Origin: Holophagales bacterium UBA5704
Lineage (GTDB): Bacteria; Acidobacteriota; Thermoanaerobaculia; Multivoradales; UBA5704
Direction of reading: 5' to 3'
Length of the DNA stretch: 64,000 nt
Assembly (NCBI GenBank): GCA_002420005.1
Contig: DIHE01000147.1
Span: 36,006-100,005 of the forward strand
The notes beneath the pieces were generated by a model that did not search any database, was not told the origin of the DNA, and saw nothing but the letters and a program-made list of their open reading frames with translations. This document shows positions 8,690 to 16,988 of the stretch, piece by piece. The stretch's first letter is position 1. Every line of letters begins with the position of its first letter. The translations under genes and the position numbers were made by a program.

Positions 8690-10639
8690 TCACTCTCCCC
8701 GGAACCGGTAGATCCCTCCCTGCGAAGCGGCGAACAGAAGGTCCGGATCGCTTGGCGAGACGTTCAGGCCCATGAGCAGCGAAAAGGAGGTCGGCAGGCC
8801 GTCCTGGGACAGAGGAGCCCAGGAGGCTCCGGCGTCGGTGCTGCGATAGATCAGCCGCCCGAAGCCGGTGCCGTCGGAAAAGGCGTACAGGACGGAAGGG
8901 GCCGACGGCGCGGGCACGACGTTGAAGTCAGGACCGGCGGGCAACCCGGCCAGAGGGCTCCAGGTGACGCCGCCGTCCATGCTCCGGGAGGGGACGCTGC
9001 TCAGGCGGGCGTAGAGGACGTCCGGATCCTCGGAGGACACCGACAGCCCGGAGGCGAACGTCTGCCCCAGGTCCTTGACCACGTCCCAGGAAATCCCTCC
9101 GTCGACCGTCTTGAAGATCTGCTGGAAGGGGTAGCCGCCGAGGGCGTAGAGGGTTGACGGCTGCGAGGGCGCGATCCGGAGCGTACCCAGGTTCTGGGGA
9201 AGCCCCTGCATGCACGACCAGGTCGCCCCGTGGTCGGTGCTCTTGAGATGGTCGCAGACCGGGAGCGGCGCACACCCGATGACGAAGTCTCCGAGCGCGT
9301 AGAGATTCGCGGGCTCCTGCGGATCGATCACGACGTCCCTGATCCTCAGGCAGTCGAGGGTGGCCAGCTTCCGCCAGGTGGTGGCGGCGTCGCGGGTCTT
9401 CCAGAGGCCCCCGGCACCGGCGCCGAGAGCCACGCGGGGGAACTGCGGGTGCACCGCCAGCAGCTGGGCGGCGTGTCCGTCCCGCATCCAGGTGGCCCCG
9501 CCATCCAGGGAGTGCATCCCGACGCCGGTGGCATAGAGGACGTCCTGGGTGGCGGGGGCGAGGGTCAGGCTCTCGACACGGAGGGGAGGCAGGCCGCGGT
9601 TGGTTTCCTCCCAGGTGACGCCCCGATTCGTGCTCTTCAGGAGCCCCTGGCTGTCGGCGGCATGGATCACCGCGCCGCCGGCCGGGACGACGAGGAGCCG
9701 CGGAAAGCGCAGCGGCGTCGCCGCCGCCTGCCAGCGTCTCCCCTGGTTGGAACTGATGAACAGACCGTCCTCGGTGGCGGCATAGACGCGGGACGGCGAG
9801 ACGCCCGCCGCCAGGCCGAAGATCGTGCGGCCGCCGAGGCCTTTCGCCGCCGGCGACCAGGTCAGCCCACCGTCGAGGCTGCGGTACAGCGGCGCATCGT
9901 GGAGGCTGAGGATCTGCAGGAACAGGGCCGCCGGCGGGCCGGGCGCCATCGTCAAGCCGGTGAGCGGCGGCAGTGGCTCGGGTAGCCCGGAGTTGCGCGC
10001 GCTCCAGGTCGCGCCATCGTTCGTGCTCCGCAGGAAGCCCGCTTCGTCGTCGACGGCGTAGAGGGTTCCCGGCTTCCCGGGATGGAACCTGACCTCCGTC
10101 ACGTTGCTCCACCGCACAGTGCCCGCCTGGGCGCGCCAGGACGTTCCGCCGTCCGTGCTCTGGTAGATGCCGAGAACCGTGCCGGCGACGAGCCTCGCGG
10201 GGTTCCGCGGATCGATCGCGACGTCGTTCACCTGGCACGTGTCGAGACCGGTGAGGAGCTCCCAGGTCCGGCCGGCGTCGACCGTCCGGAACAGCCCGCC
10301 CACGGCCGGCTTGTCGTGGTACTCGGGATCGCAGACGACGGCGTAGGCCTTGGCGGGATTGCGCGGATCGACCTCCAGGTCGTCGACGGGCCGGCCGGCG
10401 GGAAAGTCGCCCGTCACCTCGCGCCAACCGGCTCCCGCGTCGACGCTCCGGAAGACCTTGCCGTCCCGGGTGCCGGCATAGAGGACCCGCGCGTTGCCCG
10501 GCGCCACCGTGAGCGCGCTCATCTCGGCGCCGAACGGTCCCAGGAGCTCCCAGCGGCCCTCCTGGGAGTGAGCCGGAGCCACGGCGGCCCCCAGAAGAAA
10601 GACCGCGGCGGCTGTACAAAGGATCGGTCGAGCGAACAT
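8690..10639 (-). CDS. Secreted BNR/Asp-box repeat beta-propeller protein (sortilin/Ycf48-like)
   Basis: Signal peptide MFARPILCTAAAVFLLGAAVAPAHS; multiple S-x-D-x-G-x-T-W BNR motifs (STDGGTSW, STNDGATW, SLDGGLTW, SMDGGVTW...); AAGGAG RBS. Confidence 0.8.
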   Translation of the reverse strand: MFARPILCTAAAVFLLGAAVAPAHSQEGRWELLGPFGAEMSALTVAPGNARVLYAGTRDGKVFRSVDAGAGWREVTGDFPAGRPVDDLEVDPRNPAKAYAVVCDPEYHDKPAVGGLFRTVDAGRTWELLTGLDTCQVNDVAIDPRNPARLVAGTVLGIYQSTDGGTSWRAQAGTVRWSNVTEVRFHPGKPGTLYAVDDEAGFLRSTNDGATWSARNSGLPEPLPPLTGLTMAPGPPAALFLQILSLHDAPLYRSLDGGLTWSPAAKGLGGRTIFGLAAGVSPSRVYAATEDGLFISSNQGRRWQAAATPLRFPRLLVVPAGGAVIHAADSQGLLKSTNRGVTWEETNRGLPPLRVESLTLAPATQDVLYATGVGMHSLDGGATWMRDGHAAQLLAVHPQFPRVALGAGAGGLWKTRDAATTWRKLATLDCLRIRDVVIDPQEPANLYALGDFVIGCAPLPVCDHLKSTDHGATWSCMQGLPQNLGTLRIAPSQPSTLYALGGYPFQQIFKTVDGGISWDVVKDLGQTFASGLSVSSEDPDVLYARLSSVPSRSMDGGVTWSPLAGLPAGPDFNVVPAPSAPSVLYAFSDGTGFGRLIYRSTDAGASWAPLSQDGLPTSFSLLMGLNVSPSDPDLLFAASQGGIYRFRGE

Positions 10640-10776
10640 TTCCAGCTCCTTCCAAGAGGAACCCGGGTGCCCCCGGTCTGTTGGAAGAGCGTACGGGCGG
10701 AGCTGGAACGACGTCTAGCGAGAACACTCCCGACTCTGCCGCCGGGCGATTCTGGCTGCCCGCTGTTCAGGCATGC

Positions 10777-12012
10777 TCAAGACACGGCCGCGGCGAGCGC
10801 CGGCTCTTCCAGCTCCGCCTCCTCCTCTTCGGCCACCGGCAGGGCGTCCGGAAAGCCCTTCCACCCGTCCGGCCCGAGGCGCATCTCGTCGTCGGTCAAC
10901 AGGCACTCCTCCAGCCGGCGGGTCAGCGCCTCCCGGTCCATGCCGATGCCGATCAGCACCAACTCCTGGCGCCGGTCGCCAAAGTCGGGGTGCCAGGTCT
11001 CCGCCAGCTCGCGGCGGAAATCCTCGTCCTCCGGCCAGTCCTCGGAGGGCATCGCGGCCCACCAGACGCCGCCGGGCGCCAGGGTCGAGCACCGGCCGGC
11101 GTGGGACCAGACGAAGATCTCGTCCATCCGCGAGGCCACCCACAGAAAACCCTTGGAGCGCACGACGCCGGGCCACTCCTCCAGGGCATACCGGCGGAAG
11201 CGCTCCGGATGGAACGGCCGCGCCGAGCGGAAGACGAAGCTCGCGATCCCGTACTCCTCGGTCTCGGGCACGTGCTCGCCGGCCAGCTCGCGCATCCAGC
11301 CCGCCGACGCGGAGGCCTTCTCCATGTCGAACAGACCGGTGTCGAAAATCGCCTCCAGCGGCACGCGCCCGTGCTCGCTGCGCACGATCCGCGCCGTCGG
11401 ATTGAGATGGCGCAGCAGACCCTCGATGCGGCCCAGCTCCTCCTCGGTCGCGAGATCCGCCTTGTTGAGCACCAGGACGTTGCTGAATTCGATCTGATCC
11501 ACCAGCAGATCGGCGATGGTCCGCTCATCCTCGGCGCCGGCGGTCAGTCCGCGCGCCAGGAGATCCTCGCCGCGCTCGATCTCGGCCAGGACGTTGGCCG
11601 CGTCCACCACCGTCACCAGGGTGTCCAGGCGGGCGAGGTCGCCCAGGCTCACGCCGTCGCCGTCGGTGAAGCTGAAGGTCATGGCCACCGGCAGAGGCTC
11701 GGAAATGCCGGTGGACTCGATGAGCAGGTAGTCGAAGCGCCCCTCGCGGGCCAGGCGGGACACCTCCAGCAACAGGTCTTCCCGCAAGGTGCAGCAGATG
11801 CAGCCGTTGGTCATCTCCACCAGCCGCTCCTCGGTGCGATCGAGACGGGCGTCGCCGTCGCGCACCAGCCGGGCGTCGATGTTGACCTCGCTCATGTCGT
11901 TGACGATCACCGCGACACGGCGCCCGCTGCGCTGGGCCAGGACATGGTTGAGAAGCGTCGTCTTCCCCGCGCCGAGGAAGCCGGAGAGGACGGTGACAGG
12001 GAGCTGGCTCAT
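10777..12012 (-). CDS. COG0523 G3E-family GTPase metallochaperone (CobW/ZigA/YjiA-like), putative zinc chaperone
   Basis: Walker [14 protein letters not shown] metal motif [10 protein letters not shown], His/acidic C-terminal region; AGGAGG RBS 9 nt upstream of ATG 12012; upstream part of track ORF is in-frame read-through. Confidence 0.85.
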   Translation of the reverse strand: MSQLPVTVLSGFLGAGKTTLLNHVLAQRSGRRVAVIVNDMSEVNIDARLVRDGDARLDRTEERLVEMTNGCICCTLREDLLLEVSRLAREGRFDYLLIESTGISEPLPVAMTFSFTDGDGVSLGDLARLDTLVTVVDAANVLAEIERGEDLLARGLTAGAEDERTIADLLVDQIEFSNVLVLNKADLATEEELGRIEGLLRHLNPTARIVRSEHGRVPLEAIFDTGLFDMEKASASAGWMRELAGEHVPETEEYGIASFVFRSARPFHPERFRRYALEEWPGVVRSKGFLWVASRMDEIFVWSHAGRCSTLAPGGVWWAAMPSEDWPEDEDFRRELAETWHPDFGDRRQELVLIGIGMDREALTRRLEECLLTDDEMRLGPDGWKGFPDALPVAEEEEAELEEPALAAAVS

Positions 12013-12070
12013 GAGTGCGGTACCTCCTTCAAGTGAGAGGCCATTCTCAACAAGCCGACCCTGCCGGGTT

Positions 12071-12271
12071 GTGCGAAATCGCACCGCCCGAGGTCCCGCG
12101 GCGAGAGATGCTGGAGCCGCCAACGCCGCGCCCTCCGCGATAGGGCGCGGTGCCCATGATGCGTCCGCCGGGGCCAGAATCCCTCCGGCGGCGCCTTTTT
12201 TCCTTCAGCGCCCTGCACCCTCCCTCCTCCCTCGGAATTCTTTCTGTGCCTGTGCCGAATCGCACCGGTGC
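12071..12271. promoter_or_regulatory. Divergent promoter region with two copies of an imperfect-palindrome motif GTGC(C)GAA(A)TCGCAC and an 8-bp hairpin
   Basis: GTGCGAAATCGCAC 12071-12084; GTGCCGAATCGCACCGGTGC 12252-12271 (contains perfect palindrome GCACCGGTGC); CGCGCCCT-N7-AGGGCGCG 12127-12149; lies between divergent COG0523 gene and RiPP precursor. Confidence 0.3.
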
Positions 12272-12409
12272 AGGGGTGAAAAGCGGACAAACCGAACCGG
12301 CCGGGGCTCTCTATCCTCCCGCTCATTCGGCAGGCCTGCCGGAGACCCCGGTGCGGCGACGTGCCGCCGTGCCGATGCCGATCAACCCGTTTTCAGGAGG
12401 ATTACGCCC

Positions 12410-12553
12410 ATGGACTTCAAGAACGACATCTTCGAAGCCGTCTCCGCCACCCTCTCCGAGGATCCGGTCCACAGCAACACCCACAACCACGCTCTCGTCC
12501 ACAACCCCTTCGCCTGGGAAGAGGACGAGACCTCCACCCCCGACGCCGAGTAG
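12410..12553 (+). CDS. RiPP precursor peptide candidate (47 aa, Cys-free, His/Asn-rich): MDFKNDIFEAVSATLSEDPVHSNTHNHALVHNPFAWEEDETSTPDAE
   Basis: AGGAGG RBS 7 nt upstream of ATG; strong GC3 codon bias consistent with genuine coding; positioned immediately upstream of E1-like/YcaO/SagB operon; followed by stem-loop attenuator. Confidence 0.6.
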   Translation: MDFKNDIFEAVSATLSEDPVHSNTHNHALVHNPFAWEEDETSTPDAE

Positions 12554-12577
12554 CCCCACCCACGTCCTCGTTCCTCC

Positions 12578-12610
12578 GGGGGAGGCGGCACGTCGCCTCC
12601 CCCTTTCTTG
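12578..12610 (+). terminator. Stem-loop attenuator between precursor and modification genes (perfect 10-bp GC stem + TTTCTTG)
   Basis: GGGGGAGGCG(12578-12587) loop gcacgt CGCCTCCCCC(12594-12603) then TTTCTTG; typical of RiPP precursor-enzyme stoichiometry control. Confidence 0.5.
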
Positions 12611-12635
12611 CGACCTGGAGCTTGCAGGAGGCACC

Positions 12636-13460
12636 TTGAACGAAGCCCTGCGCGATGGTTGGCACCTTTGCCCCTCACCGGAGGGACGCTGGATGCTGGT
12701 CTCCCCCGAAGAGCGGTTCGTGCGGTTGCGCATCGAGCCGGAGCAGGCCGCCCGGCTGGCCCATCGGTTGACCGGCGGGACCACGGGCGGAGAGCCGGAG
12801 GGCGACCTGCTCCCGATCCTGGAGACGTTCGCGCAGCAGGGGCTGCTGGCCGACCGGCCGGCTGCGGTGTCCCCGCTCACCGGCCGCCATGTTCTGGTGC
12901 GCGGCGGCGGACCTGTCGCCGCCACGGTGACCCGCCTGCTGCGCGCGGCCGGCGTGGGACGGGTGACGGAACGCGACGCCGGAGCCCTTCCCGTCTCCAC
13001 GGTCGACGCGCCGCACGCGGTCATCGCCTGCGCCGGCTGGCTTCCCGATGCGGACTGGCTTCGGCTGGACGCCTGGTGCGCCGGGCACGGCATCGTCTGG
13101 ACCGGCTGCCACGCCGAGGGGCTGCGCTTTCATCTCGGCCCGCTGGCGATTCCCGGACGCACCGCGGGCTATGCCGATGTCCGCGCGCGGCGGCTCGCCG
13201 CGGCGCGCCATCCCGCGGAGCTCGAAGCCTGGTGGCGCCATCTGGACGGAGGCCGGGACGTTCCGGCGGTCCCCTGGCCGGAGCCGGCCGCCCTCGCCGC
13301 CCTCGCCGCCGCCCTCGCCGCCGACGTCCTGGCCTGGCTGAGCGGCAGGCCGCTCCCGCACGAAGGGGTGCAGCTCGCGTTCGATCCGGTGCGCTGGGAC
13401 TGGACGCGCCATCCGGTCCTGCCGGTGCCGCGCAACCTGATGCAGGAGCCCGCCGCATGA
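12636..13460 (+). CDS. E1-like (ThiF/MoeB-fold) YcaO partner protein with N-terminal RRE-like region (TOMM 'C'-type protein)
   Basis: Degenerate Rossmann HVLVRGGGPVAATVTRLLRAAGVGRV and ThiF-like HAVIACAGW..CAGHGIVW pattern, no catalytic CxxC; candidate starts TTG 12636 (AGGAGG upstream) or ATG 12693 (GGAGGG upstream); stop overlaps next start (ATGA). Confidence 0.55.
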   Translation: MNEALRDGWHLCPSPEGRWMLVSPEERFVRLRIEPEQAARLAHRLTGGTTGGEPEGDLLPILETFAQQGLLADRPAAVSPLTGRHVLVRGGGPVAATVTRLLRAAGVGRVTERDAGALPVSTVDAPHAVIACAGWLPDADWLRLDAWCAGHGIVWTGCHAEGLRFHLGPLAIPGRTAGYADVRARRLAAARHPAELEAWWRHLDGGRDVPAVPWPEPAALAALAAALAADVLAWLSGRPLPHEGVQLAFDPVRWDWTRHPVLPVPRNLMQEPAA

Positions 13461-14041
13461 ACGCCCAGGGACCGATCCTCGCCCTCTGCGGCAGCCTGCG
13501 CCACCCGTCGCGCACCCGCCAGGCCCTGGAACGCGCGCTCGCCGCAGCGGCGCGCCTGGGGGCCGCCACCGAGCTCCTCGCCGGGGAGCCGTTGCGCCTC
13601 CCCCTCTGCGACGGCCGCCCGGAGGCCGAGATCCCGCCCGCGGTGGCGGAGCTGCGGCACCGGGCGCGGGCCGCCGCGGCCCTGCTCCTCGGCTCGCCGG
13701 AGTACTGCGGCACCTACTCGGCGGTGATCAAGAACGTCGTCGAATGGCTCGGCCCCTCGATCCTGCAGGGCAAGGTGGTGGGCGTGGTCACCGTCGCCGA
13801 GGGGCCGAGCGCGCAGGGGTCCTTGCGCGCGCTGCGCGAGCTGTGCCTGCTCGAAGGTGCCTGGGTGGTGCCGGCCGCCGCGGCCATCCCGCTGGTCGAG
13901 CAGGTGTTCGCACAGCCGTCCGCGCCGCTGGCGGTCTCGGTGCTGCGCCACCTCGACGCCCTCGGCAAAGCCCTGCCGGGCGCCCTCCGCCGCCTGCACG
14001 GCCCTTCCGGCCGGCCTCCCGCGGAGGGTCTGCCGGCATGA
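13457..14041 (+). CDS. NAD(P)H-dependent FMN reductase (flavodoxin-like fold, SsuE/ArsH-like)
   Basis: ILALCGSLRHPSRT...LLLGSPEYCGTYSAVIKNVVEW motif of NADPH-dependent FMN reductase family; ATGA overlaps both neighbours. Confidence 0.7.
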   Translation: MNAQGPILALCGSLRHPSRTRQALERALAAAARLGAATELLAGEPLRLPLCDGRPEAEIPPAVAELRHRARAAAALLLGSPEYCGTYSAVIKNVVEWLGPSILQGKVVGVVTVAEGPSAQGSLRALRELCLLEGAWVVPAAAAIPLVEQVFAQPSAPLAVSVLRHLDALGKALPGALRRLHGPSGRPPAEGLPA

Positions 14042-15627
14042 GGGGGCGCAACGTCCCCTGCGTGCACGCCGGGCTCCGAGTGGAGGCGCCGGACGGGGTG
14101 CGGCTCGCGACGGACGTCTACCGGCCCGGCGCCGGACGGCCGGTGCCGGCGGTCCTGCTGCGCACCTACCTGGGCAAGGCGCGGCACCAGGAGGAGGCGC
14201 TGGCCTGGGTGCGCGAAGGCTTCGCCTGCGTGGTTCAGGACGTGCGGGGCCGCTACGACTCGGACGGCTCCTGGGAACCCTATGTCCACGAGCGGGCGGA
14301 TGGCGCCGCGGCGGCGCGCTGGACCGCCGGGCAGCCCTGGTGCGACGGCCGCGTGGTGGTGGCCGGCGGCTCGTATGGCGCCTTCACCGCCTGGGCGGCG
14401 GCCCTGGAGAGCCCGGTGGTGCGGGCGGCGGCGGTCTCCGTCCCCGCCATGCACCGGGTGAATTTCGCACCCGGCGGGGTGCTCAAGCTGCTCAATCACA
14501 CCGCCTGGTGGATGGCGCACGGAGACGCCCGCACCGAGCGGACCCGTCTGTTCGAGGCGATGTGCAGAGCCTGCCCGGATCTCCTCGCACGCCTGCCGGT
14601 CTGCGCTCTGCCACCGAATGTCTGGGCCGCGCTGCCCGGTTGGCTCCCCGCAGCCCTCGCCGGCCCCGGACGGCCCGCGGTCTCCGACGCGGATCTCGCC
14701 GGGCTCGCCCTGCCGGTGCTCCACATCGGAGGCTGGCACGATCCGTTCATCGCCCAGACGATCCACCAGCAGGCGACCGCCGGATCGGCCGTGGCGCCTC
14801 GGCCCATCCGCCGGATCATCGTCGGCCCCTGGACCCACGAGCTGCACAGCCACGTGCCCGCGGTCTATGGCGCGCGCACCTACGGGCCGGCCTCCCGCCT
14901 GCCGCTGGGGCGCCTGCAGGCCGAGTTCTTCCGCGGAGCCCTCGCGGATTGCACCGCGCCGGCGGCGCAGCTTTTTCTCACCGGTGCGAACCGCTGGCTC
15001 ACAGGGGACGGCTGGCCGCCGGTGCCGGTCGCGCCGTGCACCTGGTTTGCCTCCGCGGGCGGCGCTCTCGCTCCGGAGCCGCCCCGCGCCGGGGGCTCCG
15101 TCTCGTTCTCCTACGATCCCCTCTCCCCCTATCCCGGCCGCAACGGCCCGGTCGACCAGAGCGATCTGCTGCGCCGGCCGGACACCACCGCGTTCACCTC
15201 CCCACCGCTCGCCGCGCCGCTCACCTGGATCGGCGGACCGCGGGTGATCCTCCACGCCGCCACCGACGCCCCCGGCACCGACTGGGTCGCCCGCCTGCAT
15301 GAGGTCTTGCCGGATGGCCGCAGCCTCTACCTCGGCCATGGCCTGGTGGACGCGGCGCAGGAGCTCGCCCGCGACGGCGGAAAGCTCGTGCCGGGCGAGG
15401 CTCACCGGGTGGAGATCGACCTGCCCCCGCTCGCCATCACCCTCCCGGCAGGGCACCGGCTCCGCCTGGAGATCACCAGCAGCGACTTCCCGGCCCATGC
15501 GCGCAACCTGAACACCGGTGCCTGCCGCCTGACCACCTCGGCGACCCGGGTGGCGCGGCAGACGATCCTCCATGGACCCTCGGCTCCCACGGCCCTGGTG
15601 CTGCCGGTGGCACAGGAGCTCCCGTGA
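14038..15627 (+). CDS. CocE/NonD-family alpha/beta hydrolase (S15 X-Pro dipeptidyl-peptidase-like)
   Basis: Nucleophile elbow VVAGGSYGAF, S15-family N-terminal region (DGVRLATDVYRP), C-terminal beta-sandwich; translationally coupled within RiPP operon. Confidence 0.7.
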   Translation: MRGRNVPCVHAGLRVEAPDGVRLATDVYRPGAGRPVPAVLLRTYLGKARHQEEALAWVREGFACVVQDVRGRYDSDGSWEPYVHERADGAAAARWTAGQPWCDGRVVVAGGSYGAFTAWAAALESPVVRAAAVSVPAMHRVNFAPGGVLKLLNHTAWWMAHGDARTERTRLFEAMCRACPDLLARLPVCALPPNVWAALPGWLPAALAGPGRPAVSDADLAGLALPVLHIGGWHDPFIAQTIHQQATAGSAVAPRPIRRIIVGPWTHELHSHVPAVYGARTYGPASRLPLGRLQAEFFRGALADCTAPAAQLFLTGANRWLTGDGWPPVPVAPCTWFASAGGALAPEPPRAGGSVSFSYDPLSPYPGRNGPVDQSDLLRRPDTTAFTSPPLAAPLTWIGGPRVILHAATDAPGTDWVARLHEVLPDGRSLYLGHGLVDAAQELARDGGKLVPGEAHRVEIDLPPLAITLPAGHRLRLEITSSDFPAHARNLNTGACRLTTSATRVARQTILHGPSAPTALVLPVAQELP

Positions 15628-16988
15628 GCGATCCCCTGAAGCTCCTGGTCGATCCGCGCTTCGGCATCGTCACCGCGCTGGAGCGGCGCATGCATCCGCC
15701 GGAGGTGCCGCCGGCCCTGATCTCCTACACGGCACGGGTCGCCGACACCCGGCGGCTGGGTGCCTGGCAAGGGGACCGGGTGGCCCTCGGCTCCGCCTTC
15801 TGGGACGAGGACCGGGCGCGCCGCGCGGCGCTCGGCGAAGCGGTGGAACGCACCTGCGGCAACTTCGTCCCCGCCGGGCTGCTGCGCGCCTCGCACCGCG
15901 ACCTGCGCACGGCCGGCGAGCCGGCCCTCGATCCCGCCGCGATGGTGCTCTATGCGGACTCGCAGTACGACCACCGCGGCTTCCCCTTCGTCCGCTTCAC
16001 CGACGACCTGCGGGTGCTCTGGACGACCGGCCGCGATCTCGCGACCGGAGAGGCGGTGCGGGTGCCCGCGTCGTTCGTCTACATCAACTACTACGGCGGC
16101 GCCCTGGCCGGCGAGCCGAGGACGAACTTCGTCCTCTACTCCGGAATCGCCACCGGGCCGAATCGGGAGGCGGCGGAGGAGGCGGCCCTGGAGGAGCTCA
16201 TCGAGCGCGACGCCACCATGATCTGGTGGATGTCCGGCAGCCCGGCCGTCGGCATTCCTCTGGAAAGCGCACCGATGGTCCGCGCCGCTCTCGCCCATCC
16301 CGCCGACCACGGTACGCTGCACCATCACCTGATCCAGATCCGCACCCCTTTCGACGTGCCGGTGGTCGGCGCCCTGGTGCAGGACACGGAGCTGTCCCTG
16401 ATCGGGCTCGGCGTGGCCTGCCGCCCCGATCCCGGACAGGCCGCTCTCAAGGCGCTGGTCGAGGCGATCCACCTGCGCTGCTTCAGCCGCCAGATGCTCG
16501 ATCCCGGCGGCAGCGTCTGGCGCTCCATGCGCTCCGGAATCCTCGACCCCCGCGCCTACAAACCCTTCCGCGCCGACCGCGCCTACCGGGATGCGTACCG
16601 CGCCGACTTCCGCGACGTGACCGACCTCGGAGCCCAGTCGCAGATCTATCTCGACCCCCGGATGCACGTCCACGCCGACCGCATCCTCCACCCTGCCGCC
16701 TGGGCCCCCCTGGATCGGCTGCCCGCCGTCCCGGGCCGCGCCGCCTACCGGCAACGGCTCGCCGCGCGCGGCTTCCGGGCGATCTCGGTGGACGTCACCA
16801 CGCCGGACGTGCAGGCCGCCGGCTTGTGCGTCGTGCGGGTGATCGTCCCGGGGCTCTACCCGAACGCGCCCGCCGCCTTCCCGTTCCTCGGCGGGCGCCG
16901 GCTGTATGAAGAGCCGGCGGCGCTCGGCTGGCTCCCGGCGCCGCTCACCGAGGCCGACCTGGTCCGCGTCCCCCTGCCGCACACATGA
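15624..16988 (+). CDS. YcaO-domain cyclodehydratase (azoline-forming type, C-terminal Pro-rich motif)
   Basis: YcaO ATP-binding glutamate motifs (LGEAVERTCGN, LEELIERDA), C-terminal VRVPLPHT PxP motif; GTGA/ATGA overlaps. Confidence 0.85.
   Translation: MSDPLKLLVDPRFGIVTALERRMHPPEVPPALISYTARVADTRRLGAWQGDRVALGSAFWDEDRARRAALGEAVERTCGNFVPAGLLRASHRDLRTAGEPALDPAAMVLYADSQYDHRGFPFVRFTDDLRVLWTTGRDLATGEAVRVPASFVYINYYGGALAGEPRTNFVLYSGIATGPNREAAEEAALEELIERDATMIWWMSGSPAVGIPLESAPMVRAALAHPADHGTLHHHLIQIRTPFDVPVVGALVQDTELSLIGLGVACRPDPGQAALKALVEAIHLRCFSRQMLDPGGSVWRSMRSGILDPRAYKPFRADRAYRDAYRADFRDVTDLGAQSQIYLDPRMHVHADRILHPAAWAPLDRLPAVPGRAAYRQRLAARGFRAISVDVTTPDVQAAGLCVVRVIVPGLYPNAPAAFPFLGGRRLYEEPAALGWLPAPLTEADLVRVPLPHT

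Noticed and set aside
8403-8693. Two overlapping 78/80-aa ORFs in the phoR-BNR intergenic region
   Set aside because: No RBS, poor codon bias, and they overlap terminator hairpins. The region is more consistent with non-coding RNA or a 3'UTR.
12150-12635. N-terminal 160 aa of the 436-aa track ORF (Pro/Ser/Thr-rich) upstream of the E1-like protein
   Set aside because: This is a read-through of the intergenic region. The small precursor ORF in another frame has an RBS and coding bias, and the E1-like domain begins after TTG 12636 or ATG 12693.
13714-15573. 619-aa minus-strand ORF across the FMN-reductase/peptidase genes
   Set aside because: Antisense shadow ORF. The plus-strand genes form a translationally coupled operon with recognisable folds.
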